Origin: Candidatus Krumholzibacteriota bacterium
GTDB lineage: Bacteria; Krumholzibacteriota; Krumholzibacteriia; JAJRXK01
Length of the DNA: 64,000 nt
Assembly: GCA_963806035.1 (NCBI GenBank)
Contig: CAWDWO010000024.1
Location: forward strand, 1-64,000
Direction: 5' to 3'
The notes below the pieces were generated by a model. That model was not told where the DNA came from. It did no database searches and was given only the letters and a program-made list of their open reading frames with translations. The translations under genes and the position numbers were made by a program. Below, in pieces: positions 11,859 through 22,172 of this stretch. The number at the start of each line of letters is the position of its first letter. Within the stretch, counting starts at the first letter, position 1.

Positions 11859-13970
11859 TTGATCAGGCAGCTTTCGAATTTCCAAGGACTTGGAGCGCTT
11901 CCCTCAGGCCGAGTCCCATCACCTGTGCCGGAGACTCAAACCGACGTGCCGAAGCAGCAGCTCGTCTCTTGGCTTTACGGCTCGCGCCCTGGCGCGTGGT
12001 GCGCACTCATCCTCTGTCTCGCCGTCAGCACGGCCCGCGCGGCGCAGGCGCCGGCCGACTCATCGCGCGCGCAAAGCGACTCGAACCGGGCGGGAGTGCA
12101 CCTGAAGGTTTCGAGCGAGAAGAAGATTTTGCACGGGCGTTCGGGCACGGCGAAACTCGAGCTCTTCGACGATCACGCGCAGGCTCTCGCCGACCGGCGC
12201 GTTACGATCATTCCGCACGGCAATTGGACCGGCGATGAAGCCGATTCGAACTGGACTCTTCACAGCGACGAAAAGGGAGTCGTGGTACTCGACGAGGTCC
12301 TGGTGGAGGAGGGCCGTGGGGGCTTCACCCTCCGTCTGAGCGATGGGGAAGAAGTCGAGGGCAGCCTGCGGGCGGTCCCCCAGTGGATGGCGATCGTGCC
12401 TCCGATTTTGGCCATCGTGTTGGCGCTCATCTTCCGGCAAGTGGTCCTGGCTCTGGCCGCGGGGATCTGGGTGGGGGCGTGGATCAGTGTGGGTGATCCC
12501 TTCATGGGACTCCTGCATACCCTGGATACCTACATCGTGGGCGCGCTCGCGGATCCCTTCCAAGCCACCATCGTCATGTTCACCGCGAGCATGGGCGGGA
12601 TGGTCGGAGTGATGGCCCGCAGCGGCGGGACCCAGGGCGTGGTCGACATGGTGGGTCGTCTCATCCGCGGGGTGAAGAGCGCTCAAGTCATGACCTGGCT
12701 CTTGGGGCTGCTCATCTTCTTCGACGACTACACGAACACCCTGGTGGTGGGCAACACCATGCGCCCCATCACCGACCGCATGCGCATCAGTCGCGAGAAA
12801 CTCTCCTACATCGTGGATTCGACCGCCGCGCCGGTGACGACGGTGGCACTGATCTCCACCTGGGTCGGCTACCAGGTGAGTCTCATTCGTGAAGGACTGC
12901 AGGAGATCGGAAGCGACGGCGGCTCGGCTTACGCCATTTTCATTCAGAGCATTCCCTACGCGACCTACTCCTGGTTGGCCATCGCGTTCGTGTTCATGGT
13001 CGCGATTTTTGATCGGGACTTCGGCCCCATGCTCAAAGCGGAGCGGCGCGCGCGGCATGCCGGCCACGTGGTGCGCGAAGGCGCGAGCCCGCTGATGGAC
13101 GAAGTTGCCGAACAACTCAGCGGCAACGACGCCCCCGATGCGCGCGCCCACCGGGCGGTAGTGCCGGTGGTGGTCCTGCTCGTGGCCTCCATCGTGGGAC
13201 TCTACTGGGACGGACGGCAACAGCTGCTGGCGCAGTTGGGTCCGGCCGGTTTGAGCGGACTGCCGATGCGCGAGTTCTTCTCCCACGCCGATCCGGCGCG
13301 CGCCCTGTTCTGGGCCGCGATCGCGGGCTCTCTCACCGCCATCGGCCTGGCCCTGGCCGGACGCAGCCTCAGCCTGAACCGCGCGGTGGAAGCCTGGGTG
13401 GGAGGCTGTAAGGCCATGATGGCCGCTCTCATCATTCTGGTCCTGGCCTGGTCCATCAAGGACGTCTGCTCCGAACTGGGCACCGGACCGGTGGTGGTGG
13501 ACTGGACCACGGGAAACCTTCCGCCACACCTGCTGCCGAGCGTCACTTTCGCGGTGGCCGCGTTCATCGCCTTTTCCACCGGCACTTCGTGGGCTTCCAT
13601 GGCCATCCTGATGCCCATCGTCATTCCTCTGGGGCACCGTCTGCCCGAACTCGCGCATCTTTCGGCGCCGCACGCACAGGGGATTCTCGTGGCGAGCATC
13701 GCAGCGGTGCTGAGCGGATCGGTCTGGGGGGACCACTGTTCACCCATCAGCGACACCACGATCATGTCCTCGATGGCGTCGGGCAGCGATCACATCGATC
13801 ATGTGCGCACACAGATTCCCTATGCCCTCAGCGCGGGCGCACTCACCATTCTTTTGGGTACTCTTCCCGCCGGTTACAGCATCAGTCCCTGGATTTCCCT
13901 CCCGGTGGCGCTCTTGGCGGTGGTTCTGCTCGTGCGATTCGTGGGCCGACCGGTAGGTGAGCGGAAGTGA
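11859..13970 (+). CDS. Na+/H+ antiporter NhaC-family transporter with an N-terminal extracytoplasmic domain (start may be GTG ~11946)
   Basis: IFFDDYTNTL, SREKLSYIVDSTAAP, FSTGTSW and GDHCSPISDTTIMSS motifs; signal-like segment plus ~120-aa soluble domain before the first TM. Confidence 0.88.
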   Translation: MIRQLSNFQGLGALPSGRVPSPVPETQTDVPKQQLVSWLYGSRPGAWCALILCLAVSTARAAQAPADSSRAQSDSNRAGVHLKVSSEKKILHGRSGTAKLELFDDHAQALADRRVTIIPHGNWTGDEADSNWTLHSDEKGVVVLDEVLVEEGRGGFTLRLSDGEEVEGSLRAVPQWMAIVPPILAIVLALIFRQVVLALAAGIWVGAWISVGDPFMGLLHTLDTYIVGALADPFQATIVMFTASMGGMVGVMARSGGTQGVVDMVGRLIRGVKSAQVMTWLLGLLIFFDDYTNTLVVGNTMRPITDRMRISREKLSYIVDSTAAPVTTVALISTWVGYQVSLIREGLQEIGSDGGSAYAIFIQSIPYATYSWLAIAFVFMVAIFDRDFGPMLKAERRARHAGHVVREGASPLMDEVAEQLSGNDAPDARAHRAVVPVVVLLVASIVGLYWDGRQQLLAQLGPAGLSGLPMREFFSHADPARALFWAAIAGSLTAIGLALAGRSLSLNRAVEAWVGGCKAMMAALIILVLAWSIKDVCSELGTGPVVVDWTTGNLPPHLLPSVTFAVAAFIAFSTGTSWASMAILMPIVIPLGHRLPELAHLSAPHAQGILVASIAAVLSGSVWGDHCSPISDTTIMSSMASGSDHIDHVRTQIPYALSAGALTILLGTLPAGYSISPWISLPVALLAVVLLVRFVGRPVGERK

Positions 13971-14734
13971 TCGTATTCACGAGCGACTTCGGTAGCAGGG
14001 ACTGGTACGTCGGCGCGGTCAAGGCCGTCTTGGCCGAGCGCGCGCCACGAGTACCGGTGCTGGATCTTTGTCACGGAGTCCCGCCCGGCGCGATCGGCAG
14101 CGCCGCCTTCGTGCTCGCGGTCAACCTTGGCCTCTTTCCTCCCGATACCGTCCAGCTGGTGGTGGTGGACCCGGGTGTGGGTTCGACGCGCCGCGCGCTG
14201 GCCTTGCGCGCACACGGCCAGTTCTGGGTGGGCCCGGACAATGGGGTCTTCGCGCCTTTCCTTGCCGAAAAGGACCTCAGCGCGGTCGAGCTGGACGTGG
14301 AAAAGCTGGCAGTGGAAAATCCCAGCAGTACCTTTCATGGCCGGGACATCTTCGCGGTGGCGGCGGCTCGACTCGCTACGGGCGACAAGCTCTCGGCGCT
14401 GGGGAATCCCATCCAGGAGCTGAAGGGCGGAGAGCCCTGGTGGCGGCGCACTCCGGATGCGATCCTCGCGCGCGTTCTCTGGGTCGACACCTTCGGCAAT
14501 CTGATCACGGGAGTGCCGTCCGAGGTCCTGCGGGAATTCGCTCCCACGCCGCAGGTGCGCCTGGCGAATCGAACGCTGACCGGCCTGCGTGACAGCTTTC
14601 ACGAAGTCGCCCGCGGGGAGTGTTTGCTCTACATCGGAAGCAGTGGAACCCTGGAGCTGGCGGCGCGGGACGCTAGCGCGGCTGAGGCCGTGGGAATTCA
14701 AGTAGGAGCGGAGATCGAAATTCGCTCCGCGTAA
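13967..14734 (+). CDS. SAM hydroxide adenosyltransferase / chlorinase-fluorinase family (DUF62)
   Basis: TSDFG, VVDPGVGSTR, GPDNG, STFHGRDIFA and VDTFGNLIT motifs. Confidence 0.92.
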   Translation: MIVFTSDFGSRDWYVGAVKAVLAERAPRVPVLDLCHGVPPGAIGSAAFVLAVNLGLFPPDTVQLVVVDPGVGSTRRALALRAHGQFWVGPDNGVFAPFLAEKDLSAVELDVEKLAVENPSSTFHGRDIFAVAAARLATGDKLSALGNPIQELKGGEPWWRRTPDAILARVLWVDTFGNLITGVPSEVLREFAPTPQVRLANRTLTGLRDSFHEVARGECLLYIGSSGTLELAARDASAAEAVGIQVGAEIEIRSA

Positions 14735-14751
14735 ACGGAAGGAACCTCGAG

Positions 14752-15501
14752 GTGAAGATAAGCATCCTTGGCAGCGGAACTTTGCACCCGGTGGCCGGAC
14801 AGGCCTCGGCGGGCCTGGTGGTCGAGACCGGCGGAGAACTCCTGGGCTTCGACATGGGAAGAGGTGTGCTCAATCGCTACGCGGAGGCGGGACTGGATCC
14901 TCTCAAGCTGAAGTATTTGCATCTGACGCATCTGCATCCCGATCATTGTTGCGACATCGTTCCTCTGCTCTTCGCGTTGCGCTATGCACCGGAGCCGGCG
15001 CGCACCGAGCCCCTACACATCACTGCGCCGGAGGGCCTGGGCAATCTGCTGGAGAACCTGCGGCGCGGGTGGAAATGGCTGGAGCCTCCCTACCCCTTGC
15101 ACCTGAGGGAAGCGGAAGAATGTGAGTTCGAGGAGGGGGGCGCGAAGATCAAGACGGCCTTCTTGGACCACGGCAGCATGGCCAATTTGGGCTACCGCGT
15201 GGACGCGGAGGGCAAGAGCGTGGTCTATACCGGCGATACCGAGCGCGGGGAGGGCCTCTTGAATCTGGCCAAGGGAGCCAATATCTTGATTTCCGAATGC
15301 TCGTTCACCGACGCGCAGGCGCAGGCGGCCCACATGGCGCCCAGTCGTCTCGGACAAATCGCTCGCGCGGCAGAGGTGGAGCGGCTCGTCATCACGCACC
15401 TGTACCCACGAACGGATCCAGGAGTCGTCGAACAAGAAGTGCGGAATCACTACGACGGTGACGTCGTCATGGGCTCGGATGGTCTCGATCTGGAGCTCTG
15501 A
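14752..15501 (+). CDS. MBL-fold metallo-hydrolase, RNase Z/BN-like
   Basis: ILGSG, THLHPDH, YTGDT, ISECSF and ITHLYP motifs. Confidence 0.85.
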   Translation: MKISILGSGTLHPVAGQASAGLVVETGGELLGFDMGRGVLNRYAEAGLDPLKLKYLHLTHLHPDHCCDIVPLLFALRYAPEPARTEPLHITAPEGLGNLLENLRRGWKWLEPPYPLHLREAEECEFEEGGAKIKTAFLDHGSMANLGYRVDAEGKSVVYTGDTERGEGLLNLAKGANILISECSFTDAQAQAAHMAPSRLGQIARAAEVERLVITHLYPRTDPGVVEQEVRNHYDGDVVMGSDGLDLEL

Positions 15502-15538
15502 GAGAAGCACGGCAACTTCGATTCGCTCCTTCGAAGGG

Positions 15539-16396
15539 ATGATTCCGTTGAATTGGAAGTCCACCGTAGCTTCGCTCGGCCTCGTTCTCGCCGTGGTAGG
15601 TCTGGCGGCCTGCTCGCATTACACCGTCGTACTGCGCTATCCCAAGGAGTCCGCGAACATCTTCACCGAGCGGCCGGCGACCTCGCTCTACGTGGCGCAG
15701 CCGGCCGATCTGCGTTCGCAAAAGGAGCGCGAGGGCAAGGGCGCATTCGTCAGCCTGCGCTTTCCGGCCGACGACAAGCTCGACGTTCCCGTCGCCAGCG
15801 TGGTGCGGCGCGCGCTGATGCAAGATATCTTGAACACCCGCGTGGCCCGTCTGGTGCAGAACCCGGAAAACGCGGACTATCTGCTGCACACGCAGGTCTT
15901 GAGCATGACGACGAAGCTCAAGCGAAGCGGAAAGCAGTTCGCGGTGCCGGTGCTCGCCGGTCTGGGCGTGGGCTTTGCCGCCGGCGCGGGGGCCGACCTG
16001 AGTCACGGGATCAAGGTGGGGCTGGTGGGAATGCTGCTGGGAACCTTCATCCCCTTGCCGACGGAGACCGAGGGAGTGGTCGAGCTGCGCCTCGAGCTGC
16101 GCGACCGGGAGACGAACGAGGTGGTGTGGAACACGACCTGTACCGGTTCGGAGAAGCAGAAGGTCGCGATTTCCATTTCGGCGCGGGAAGACAAGAAGCT
16201 GGCGGAGCGCTTTTTGCCGGCGGCCCTGAAACGAGCGAATGCGTGCGCGGTGGGGCAGCTCTATCAGTTCTTGCTTTCGGAAACCAGCTCGGTGAAGACT
16301 AACGATTCGCAGATGGAGCCGGCGCAGCCCGACTCGCAGATGCAAGAGGCGCCGGCTGACTCGCAGATGGAGCCGGCCCCCGTCGACTCGCTTTGA
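15539..16396 (+). CDS. Lipoprotein of unknown function (loosely YajG-like)
   Basis: Lipobox LAAC after a hydrophobic signal; glycine-zipper-like segment; repetitive C-terminal tail. Confidence 0.65.
   Translation: MIPLNWKSTVASLGLVLAVVGLAACSHYTVVLRYPKESANIFTERPATSLYVAQPADLRSQKEREGKGAFVSLRFPADDKLDVPVASVVRRALMQDILNTRVARLVQNPENADYLLHTQVLSMTTKLKRSGKQFAVPVLAGLGVGFAAGAGADLSHGIKVGLVGMLLGTFIPLPTETEGVVELRLELRDRETNEVVWNTTCTGSEKQKVAISISAREDKKLAERFLPAALKRANACAVGQLYQFLLSETSSVKTNDSQMEPAQPDSQMQEAPADSQMEPAPVDSL
16304..16390 (+). repeat. 27-bp tandem repeat (3+ copies) encoding DSQM(E/Q)xAxx
   Basis: GA(T/C)TCGCAGATG at 16304, 16331 and 16358; partial copy at 16385. Confidence 0.85.
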
Positions 16397-16424
16397 GCCA
16401 TGAAAGATTCTCGCCCGGAAGGTT

Positions 16425-19400
16425 GTGGTGAAGTTCCGTGATTCCTCCTCACTCCTGAGACAACTGCTCGACGAGCGTATCCTCGTTCTCGACGGTGCCA
16501 TGGGCACCGCGATCCAAGATGCCGAGCTCAGCGCGGAAGATTACGGCGGAGAGGCCCAGGAGGGCTGCCCCGAGATTCTCGTCGATACCCGTCCCGATCT
16601 CATTCTCGAAATCCATCGCGGTTATCTGCGAGCCGGCGCCGACATCATCGAGACCGACACCTTCGGTGGGACTCCCCTGGTGCTGGCCGAATACGGCCTG
16701 GCCGATCGCTGCCGCGAACTCAATCGCAAGGCCGCGCAGCTCGCGCGCAAGGCCTGCGAGGAATTTTCGGGGGCGGGGCCGCGTTTTGTCGCGGGCAGCA
16801 TGGGTCCCACCACCAAGGCCATCAGCGTCACCGGCGGCGTGACCTTCTCTGAGCTCCTGGATCATTTCTTCGAGCAAGCGATGGGACTCATCGAGGGCGG
16901 TGCCGATCTGCTCTTGGTGGAAACCCAACAGGACTCGCGCAACGCCAAAGCCGCGGTTCTGGGCTGCCAGCGCGCCTTCGACGAGAGCGGAATCAAGCTG
17001 CCGATCGTGCTCTCGGGCACCATCGAAGCCAGCGGCACCATGCTGGCCGGGCAGAGCGCGGAGGCCTTCGTGGCCTCCATGGCTCATTTCGATCTCCTCG
17101 CCATCGGACTCAACTGCGCGACCGGCCCGGCCTTCATGGCCGATTCGCTGCGTTCGATGAGCGAGATCGCGCGAACGCGCGTGAGCGTGCATCCCAACGC
17201 GGGTTTGCCCGACACCGACGGCAATTATCCCGAGTCGCCGGCACAGATGGCCAAGGAGCTGGAGCGCTTCGTAAACGAGGGCTGGCTCAACCTGGTGGGC
17301 GGATGCTGTGGGACGACCCCCGAGCACATCGCGGCCATCGCGAAGATGGTCTCGGGCAAGGCGCCGCGAAAAATTCCCGAGCATTCCCGCGCGCTGTATT
17401 CGGGAATCGAATTGGTGGAGTCCACGCCCGACAACCGGCCCCTCTTGGTGGGGGAAAGAACCAACGTCATCGGAAGCCGGCGCTTCAAGCAGCTCATCGC
17501 CGAAGGAAAATTCGAGGAGGCGAGTGAGATCGCGCGCGCTCAGGCCAGGGCGGGGGCGCAGATTCTCGATGTGTGTCTGGCGGATCCCGACGCCGACGAG
17601 CGCCACAACATGAGCGCCTTTCTGGAGGAAGTGATCAAGAAGGTGAAGCTTCCCCTCATGATCGACACCACCGATCGGGAGGTCTTCGAGATCGCGCTGC
17701 CCTACTGTCAGGGCAAATCCATTCTGAACTCGATCAACCTGGAAGATGGGGAAAGTCGCTTCGAACAGGTTTTGCCGCTGGCACGACGCTACGGAGCCGC
17801 GGTGGTGGTGGGGTGCATCGACGAGGATCCCCAGCAGGGCATGGCGGTGACGCGTCAGAGAAAGCTGGAGATCGCCCGGAGAAGCCACCAGCTTCTCATC
17901 GAAAAGTACGGTTTGCGCGACGAGGACATCATCTTCGATCCCCTGACTTTCCCCTGTGGAACCGGGGATCAGGCCTACGTGGGCAGCGCGCGCGAGACGA
18001 TCGAGGGCCTGCGTCTCATCAAGAAAGAATTCCCCGACTGCCGCACGATCCTGGGCGTTTCCAACGTGAGCTTCGGCTTGCCCACGGCGGGGCGCGAGGT
18101 CCTGAACGCGGTCTTTCTGTACCACTGCACCAAGGCGGGTCTCGACCTGGCCATCGTCAACAGCCAGCGCCTGGAGAGATACGCTTCGATCCCCGAGGAG
18201 GAACTGAAGCTCGCCGAGGACTTGCTCTTCAATCGCAGCAAGGATCCGGTGGCCGCCTTCGCCGCCCACTTCCGGGGCGCCAAGAGCAAGTCCCACACTC
18301 CCGCGGCGGAGTTGCCACTCGACCAGCGACTGCAGCGCTACATCATCGACGGCAGCAAGGACGGTCTCATCGATGATCTGGAGCAAAAGCGCAAGGAGAG
18401 CGATCCCCTGGACATCATCAACGGCCCTTTGATGGAGGGCATGGCCGAGGTGGGACGGCTCTTCAACGACAATCAACTCATCGTGGCCGAGGTGCTGCAG
18501 AGCGCGGAGGCGATGAAGGCGGCGGTCACGCATCTCGAGCAGTTTATGGAGAAGTCGAGCAGTTCGAGCCGGGGCAAAGTGATCCTGGCCACGGTGAAGG
18601 GCGACGTGCACGACATCGGCAAGAACCTGGTGGACATCATTCTGAGCAACAACGGTTTCGAGGTGGTGAATCTGGGGATCAAGGTTGCCCCGGAAACCCT
18701 GGTGAAGGCGGTGAAGGAGGAGCAGCCGGCGGCGATCGGACTCTCCGGGCTCCTGGTGAAGAGTGCCCAACAGATGGTGGTGACCGCGGAGGACTTGAAG
18801 GCGGCGGAAATCTCGCTGCCGCTCTTCGTGGGAGGAGCCGCGCTCAGCTCGCGTTTCACCCACGAGCGAATCGCCCCGGCCTACGGGGGGCCGACGCTCT
18901 ACGCCAAAGACGCCATGGGCGGACTCGATCTCTTCCAGCGGGTCCTGGGCAAGGATGGACCCGAAGCGGTGATGGCCGAGCAGGTGGAACGCACCAAGAG
19001 ATCGCTCGCGGCCCGCGCGGGAAGCGAGGATGCGTCAGCCCGCGCGTCGCAAACGAAATCTCGAGTGGCCAAGAAGCAGGATCTCTCCCTGGATTTTATT
19101 CCAGAGCCGCCCGACCGCGAGCGTCACCTGGAGACGGTGAAAGAGCTGGACGAGATCTGGGCCTATCTCAATCCGCAGATGCTCTACGGCAAGCACCTCG
19201 GCTTCAAAGGCAATTTCTCGCGCAAGTTGGCGGCGAACGATCCCAAGGCCCTCAAGCTGAAAGAAGTGGTGGAGGAGGTGAAGGCGGAGTGTCGTGGAGG
19301 CAAGATGCAGGTGCAGGCGGTGTGGCAGTTCTTTCCCGCCCAATCGCGCGAGAACGAGATCCAACTCTTCGCGAGCCCGAAAGCCGGAGAGGGCGAGGTC

Positions 19401-19895
19401 CTGGCAGCTTGGGAATTCCCGCGACAGAACTCGAAAGAAGCTCTTTGTCTGGCTGACTACGTGGTAGACCCGCAAGAAGGTCGCCGCGATCATCTGGCGC
19501 TCTTCGTGGTGACGGCGGGCGCGGGAATCTTGGAGCGCAGCGCCGTTCTCAAAGAGGAGGGGGAATACCTGCGTAGTCACGTCCTGGCCGCGCTGGCCCT
19601 GGAGACGGCGGAAGCGGCGGCCGAGTGGCTGCACGAGAAGCTCAGAGCTTCTTGGGGTTTCCCCGACCCGGATCAACTGAGCATGGCGCAGCGCCTGCAG
19701 GCCAAGTATCGCGGCAAGCGCTATAGTTTCGGATATCCCGCCTGTCCGGAGCTCGAGGGTCAGAGCGAATTGTTCCGCTTGCTTCGTCCCGAAGAGATCG
19801 GCGTGGAACTGAGCGAGGGCTGCATGATGAGCCCCGAAGCCAGTGTTTCGGCCCTGGTGTTTCATCACCCGGCCGCCCGCTACTTCAATGCCTAG
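16425..19895 (+). CDS. metH: Cobalamin-dependent methionine synthase
   Basis: LDGAMGT, GLNC, GGCCGTTP, GERTN, DVHDIGKNLV (B12) and RYSFGYPACP (activation domain) motifs. Confidence 0.97.
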   Translation: MVKFRDSSSLLRQLLDERILVLDGAMGTAIQDAELSAEDYGGEAQEGCPEILVDTRPDLILEIHRGYLRAGADIIETDTFGGTPLVLAEYGLADRCRELNRKAAQLARKACEEFSGAGPRFVAGSMGPTTKAISVTGGVTFSELLDHFFEQAMGLIEGGADLLLVETQQDSRNAKAAVLGCQRAFDESGIKLPIVLSGTIEASGTMLAGQSAEAFVASMAHFDLLAIGLNCATGPAFMADSLRSMSEIARTRVSVHPNAGLPDTDGNYPESPAQMAKELERFVNEGWLNLVGGCCGTTPEHIAAIAKMVSGKAPRKIPEHSRALYSGIELVESTPDNRPLLVGERTNVIGSRRFKQLIAEGKFEEASEIARAQARAGAQILDVCLADPDADERHNMSAFLEEVIKKVKLPLMIDTTDREVFEIALPYCQGKSILNSINLEDGESRFEQVLPLARRYGAAVVVGCIDEDPQQGMAVTRQRKLEIARRSHQLLIEKYGLRDEDIIFDPLTFPCGTGDQAYVGSARETIEGLRLIKKEFPDCRTILGVSNVSFGLPTAGREVLNAVFLYHCTKAGLDLAIVNSQRLERYASIPEEELKLAEDLLFNRSKDPVAAFAAHFRGAKSKSHTPAAELPLDQRLQRYIIDGSKDGLIDDLEQKRKESDPLDIINGPLMEGMAEVGRLFNDNQLIVAEVLQSAEAMKAAVTHLEQFMEKSSSSSRGKVILATVKGDVHDIGKNLVDIILSNNGFEVVNLGIKVAPETLVKAVKEEQPAAIGLSGLLVKSAQQMVVTAEDLKAAEISLPLFVGGAALSSRFTHERIAPAYGGPTLYAKDAMGGLDLFQRVLGKDGPEAVMAEQVERTKRSLAARAGSEDASARASQTKSRVAKKQDLSLDFIPEPPDRERHLETVKELDEIWAYLNPQMLYGKHLGFKGNFSRKLAANDPKALKLKEVVEEVKAECRGGKMQVQAVWQFFPAQSRENEIQLFASPKAGEGEVLAAWEFPRQNSKEALCLADYVVDPQEGRRDHLALFVVTAGAGILERSAVLKEEGEYLRSHVLAALALETAEAAAEWLHEKLRASWGFPDPDQLSMAQRLQAKYRGKRYSFGYPACPELEGQSELFRLLRPEEIGVELSEGCMMSPEASVSALVFHHPAARYFNA

Positions 19896-19996
19896 TTGCG
19901 ACCCGCGCCAAAGTATGAGATGAAATGTAAACTGAGCTGCGCTAAGCTATCTCGTTCAGCGGGCTGAGTTTCCCCCAGTCGAATGGAGTACTTTCG

Positions 19997-20599
19997 ATGC
20001 GACTACGAACCTTCGCGCGCGAATCGCGCCCCGCGTGGATTCGAATCTTCGCGGTCGTTACCCTCACGATCTTGAGCTTGTCCTCCGTGCCAGTCCTGGC
20101 CCAGGACGAGGCCGGCCAGGGAGAGATGCCCCCCATGGGTCCGCCCGCGCAGATGAAGGAAATCGCCTTCATGCAGGGAGAGTGGACGGTGGACATGCAG
20201 GTGAAGATGGATCCATCCGCAGACTGGCAGTCCTACAAGGGCGAGGCGACGGTGGCGCCCACCCTCGATGGCTGTATGCAGAGGATGGACTTCACGAGCG
20301 AATTCATGGGCATGCCCTTCAAGGGTATCGGCCTGGATACCTTCAATCGCGAGACGGGTCAGTACGAGTCGTACTGGATCGACACGATGTCCGCGCACAT
20401 GTCCATGATGGCCGGCGATTTCAAGGACGGAAAGCTCACGATGAGCGGCGAGGACATGCAGATGGGTCAGCATGTGTTGACCAAGGCCTGGGGCGAGAAA
20501 AAGGGTGAGGACGAGGTGTACTGGGAGATGTCGCTGTCCCCGGATCAGGGTAAGACCTGGATGACCAACATGAAAATGACCTACCACCGCAAGAAGTAA
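19997..20599 (+). CDS. Secreted DUF1579-family protein
   Basis: Signal peptide; F..GEW, GMPFKGIG..TFN..TGQYESYWIDTM and final M.MTY.R pattern. Confidence 0.75.
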   Translation: MRLRTFARESRPAWIRIFAVVTLTILSLSSVPVLAQDEAGQGEMPPMGPPAQMKEIAFMQGEWTVDMQVKMDPSADWQSYKGEATVAPTLDGCMQRMDFTSEFMGMPFKGIGLDTFNRETGQYESYWIDTMSAHMSMMAGDFKDGKLTMSGEDMQMGQHVLTKAWGEKKGEDEVYWEMSLSPDQGKTWMTNMKMTYHRKK

Positions 20600-20619
20600 T
20601 CTCGCTCGCGGAAGACCGG

Positions 20620-20660
20620 GCGCCCCACTCTTTCGCGAGGGTGGGGCGCGTTTCTTTTTC
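20620..20660 (+). terminator. Rho-independent terminator
   Basis: Stem GCGCCCCACTCT-TTCGCG-AGGGTGGGGCGC followed by GTTTCTTTTT. Confidence 0.8.
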
Positions 20661-20691
20661 TGCGGGCCAAGTGGAATGGAGTGAGCGAACC

Positions 20692-22158
20692 GTGCTGGAA
20701 GCTTCGATCGGCATCCACGACCGCTATCAGGTCGAACTGAAAATGGGCTATACCCTGCCCGAGGAGGTGCGCTCCACCTCCTACGAGCTCGATTTGTATC
20801 TTTACGCTCCCCGGAGTCTGGGCATCAATCCCGAGACCTATTCGAAGCAGCAATTCTATTCCGATCTGCAGACCTACATTCGTCTGAAGACCCCGCTGGT
20901 GCCGCTGCTTTTGATCGGACAGGGACCAAAGAGCCCTTTGGGGCTCCTGAAGAGCGCGGTCGAAGCGGTACAGCAGGCGCATCCGGAGACACGCGCCAAT
21001 TCCTACGAGAACGAGATCAAGATCTTCTGCTGCATCTTGAAGAGCGCGACGCGGGACTTCGTGAAATACATCCTGAACACGCCGGGGCGCGAGGACAAAG
21101 AGCGTTTGGTCGAGGAGTACGTGACGGCGCTCTCGGACTTGACCGCGGAATATCGCAAGCTGCGCAAGTTCGTGCAGATGCCGGGCATCCATGAACGCGC
21201 CCTCGAGCTGTATTCCTACGGCGACGAGTACATCAGCCTTTTGGTCGAGGACTATACTTTTCATCTGCTGGAAGGACTGAATGCCTCCAAGGAACCCATC
21301 GGCAAGGAGCTGAAACACCAGCTCTTGATGGTGAGCGAGAACGAAGTCCAGTACCGCGAGAGCCGCGGCTATCCTTCGATCCCCGAGGAGGAGCGCGACA
21401 ACGAGACGCTGGTCTTCCGTCGCAGCGTGCTGAAGAAGTACATGGCCAGTATTCTCTTTCTGGACACGAAGACCCGCCGCAGCGGGGTGCTGCTCGAGCA
21501 GACTCTTTTCGGAATCGCGGCCGGAGTGGCGATGGTTTTCGCCACCGGGGCCGCCTTCATCTCGCAATCGGTGTACGGGACGCTCACCACACCTTTCTTT
21601 CTGGCGCTGGTGATCAGCTACATCTTCAAGGACCGTATCAAGGATTCGCTTCGCCTCTACTTCTCGAGGCGCGTCACGCGCTCCCTCTTCGATCACAAGA
21701 CCAAGATCCAGAGCGCCTCGGGGGGATTCGTGGGGTACTGCAAGGAGAGCTGTGAGTTCATTCCGGAGCGGAAGATCCCGGATGAAATTCACGCCCTGCG
21801 AGACCGTGACCACATCACCGAGATCGAGAATGGTTTGGGGGGCGAACAGACCCTCCTGTATCGCAAGCGCGTGCAGCTCGAACCGAGCTCGGTACGGGAG
21901 ATCTTCTCGGACCATCAAGTCTCGGGGGTGAACGACATCATGCGCCTGAACATCCAGGAGTTCCTGCGCAAGATGGACGATCCCAAGAAGGAACTCTTCA
22001 TCATGGACGACGAGGGCTACCAGCGGATTCACGGCACGCGGGTGTACCATCTCAACATGGTCGCGCGCATGGTGCACGGGGGAAATCCCTCGCTCAAACG
22101 CTACCGCATCGTTCTCACTCGCAGTGGAATTGCCCGCATCGAGACCGTGATCAGCTGA
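20692..22158 (+). CDS. Hypothetical protein with a central two-TM hairpin
   Basis: Long ORF with host-like codon use; GTG at 20692 follows GGAG (the 20641 start lies inside the terminator); two hydrophobic helices around FGIAAGVAMVFAT. Confidence 0.75.
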   Translation: MLEASIGIHDRYQVELKMGYTLPEEVRSTSYELDLYLYAPRSLGINPETYSKQQFYSDLQTYIRLKTPLVPLLLIGQGPKSPLGLLKSAVEAVQQAHPETRANSYENEIKIFCCILKSATRDFVKYILNTPGREDKERLVEEYVTALSDLTAEYRKLRKFVQMPGIHERALELYSYGDEYISLLVEDYTFHLLEGLNASKEPIGKELKHQLLMVSENEVQYRESRGYPSIPEEERDNETLVFRRSVLKKYMASILFLDTKTRRSGVLLEQTLFGIAAGVAMVFATGAAFISQSVYGTLTTPFFLALVISYIFKDRIKDSLRLYFSRRVTRSLFDHKTKIQSASGGFVGYCKESCEFIPERKIPDEIHALRDRDHITEIENGLGGEQTLLYRKRVQLEPSSVREIFSDHQVSGVNDIMRLNIQEFLRKMDDPKKELFIMDDEGYQRIHGTRVYHLNMVARMVHGGNPSLKRYRIVLTRSGIARIETVIS

Positions 22159-22172
22159 GAGGGCCCGTCGAT

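Noticed and set aside
13967..14734. Fluorinase/chlorinase of a halometabolite cluster
   Set aside because: No biosynthetic genes nearby; the motifs fit the widespread SAM hydrolase subgroup
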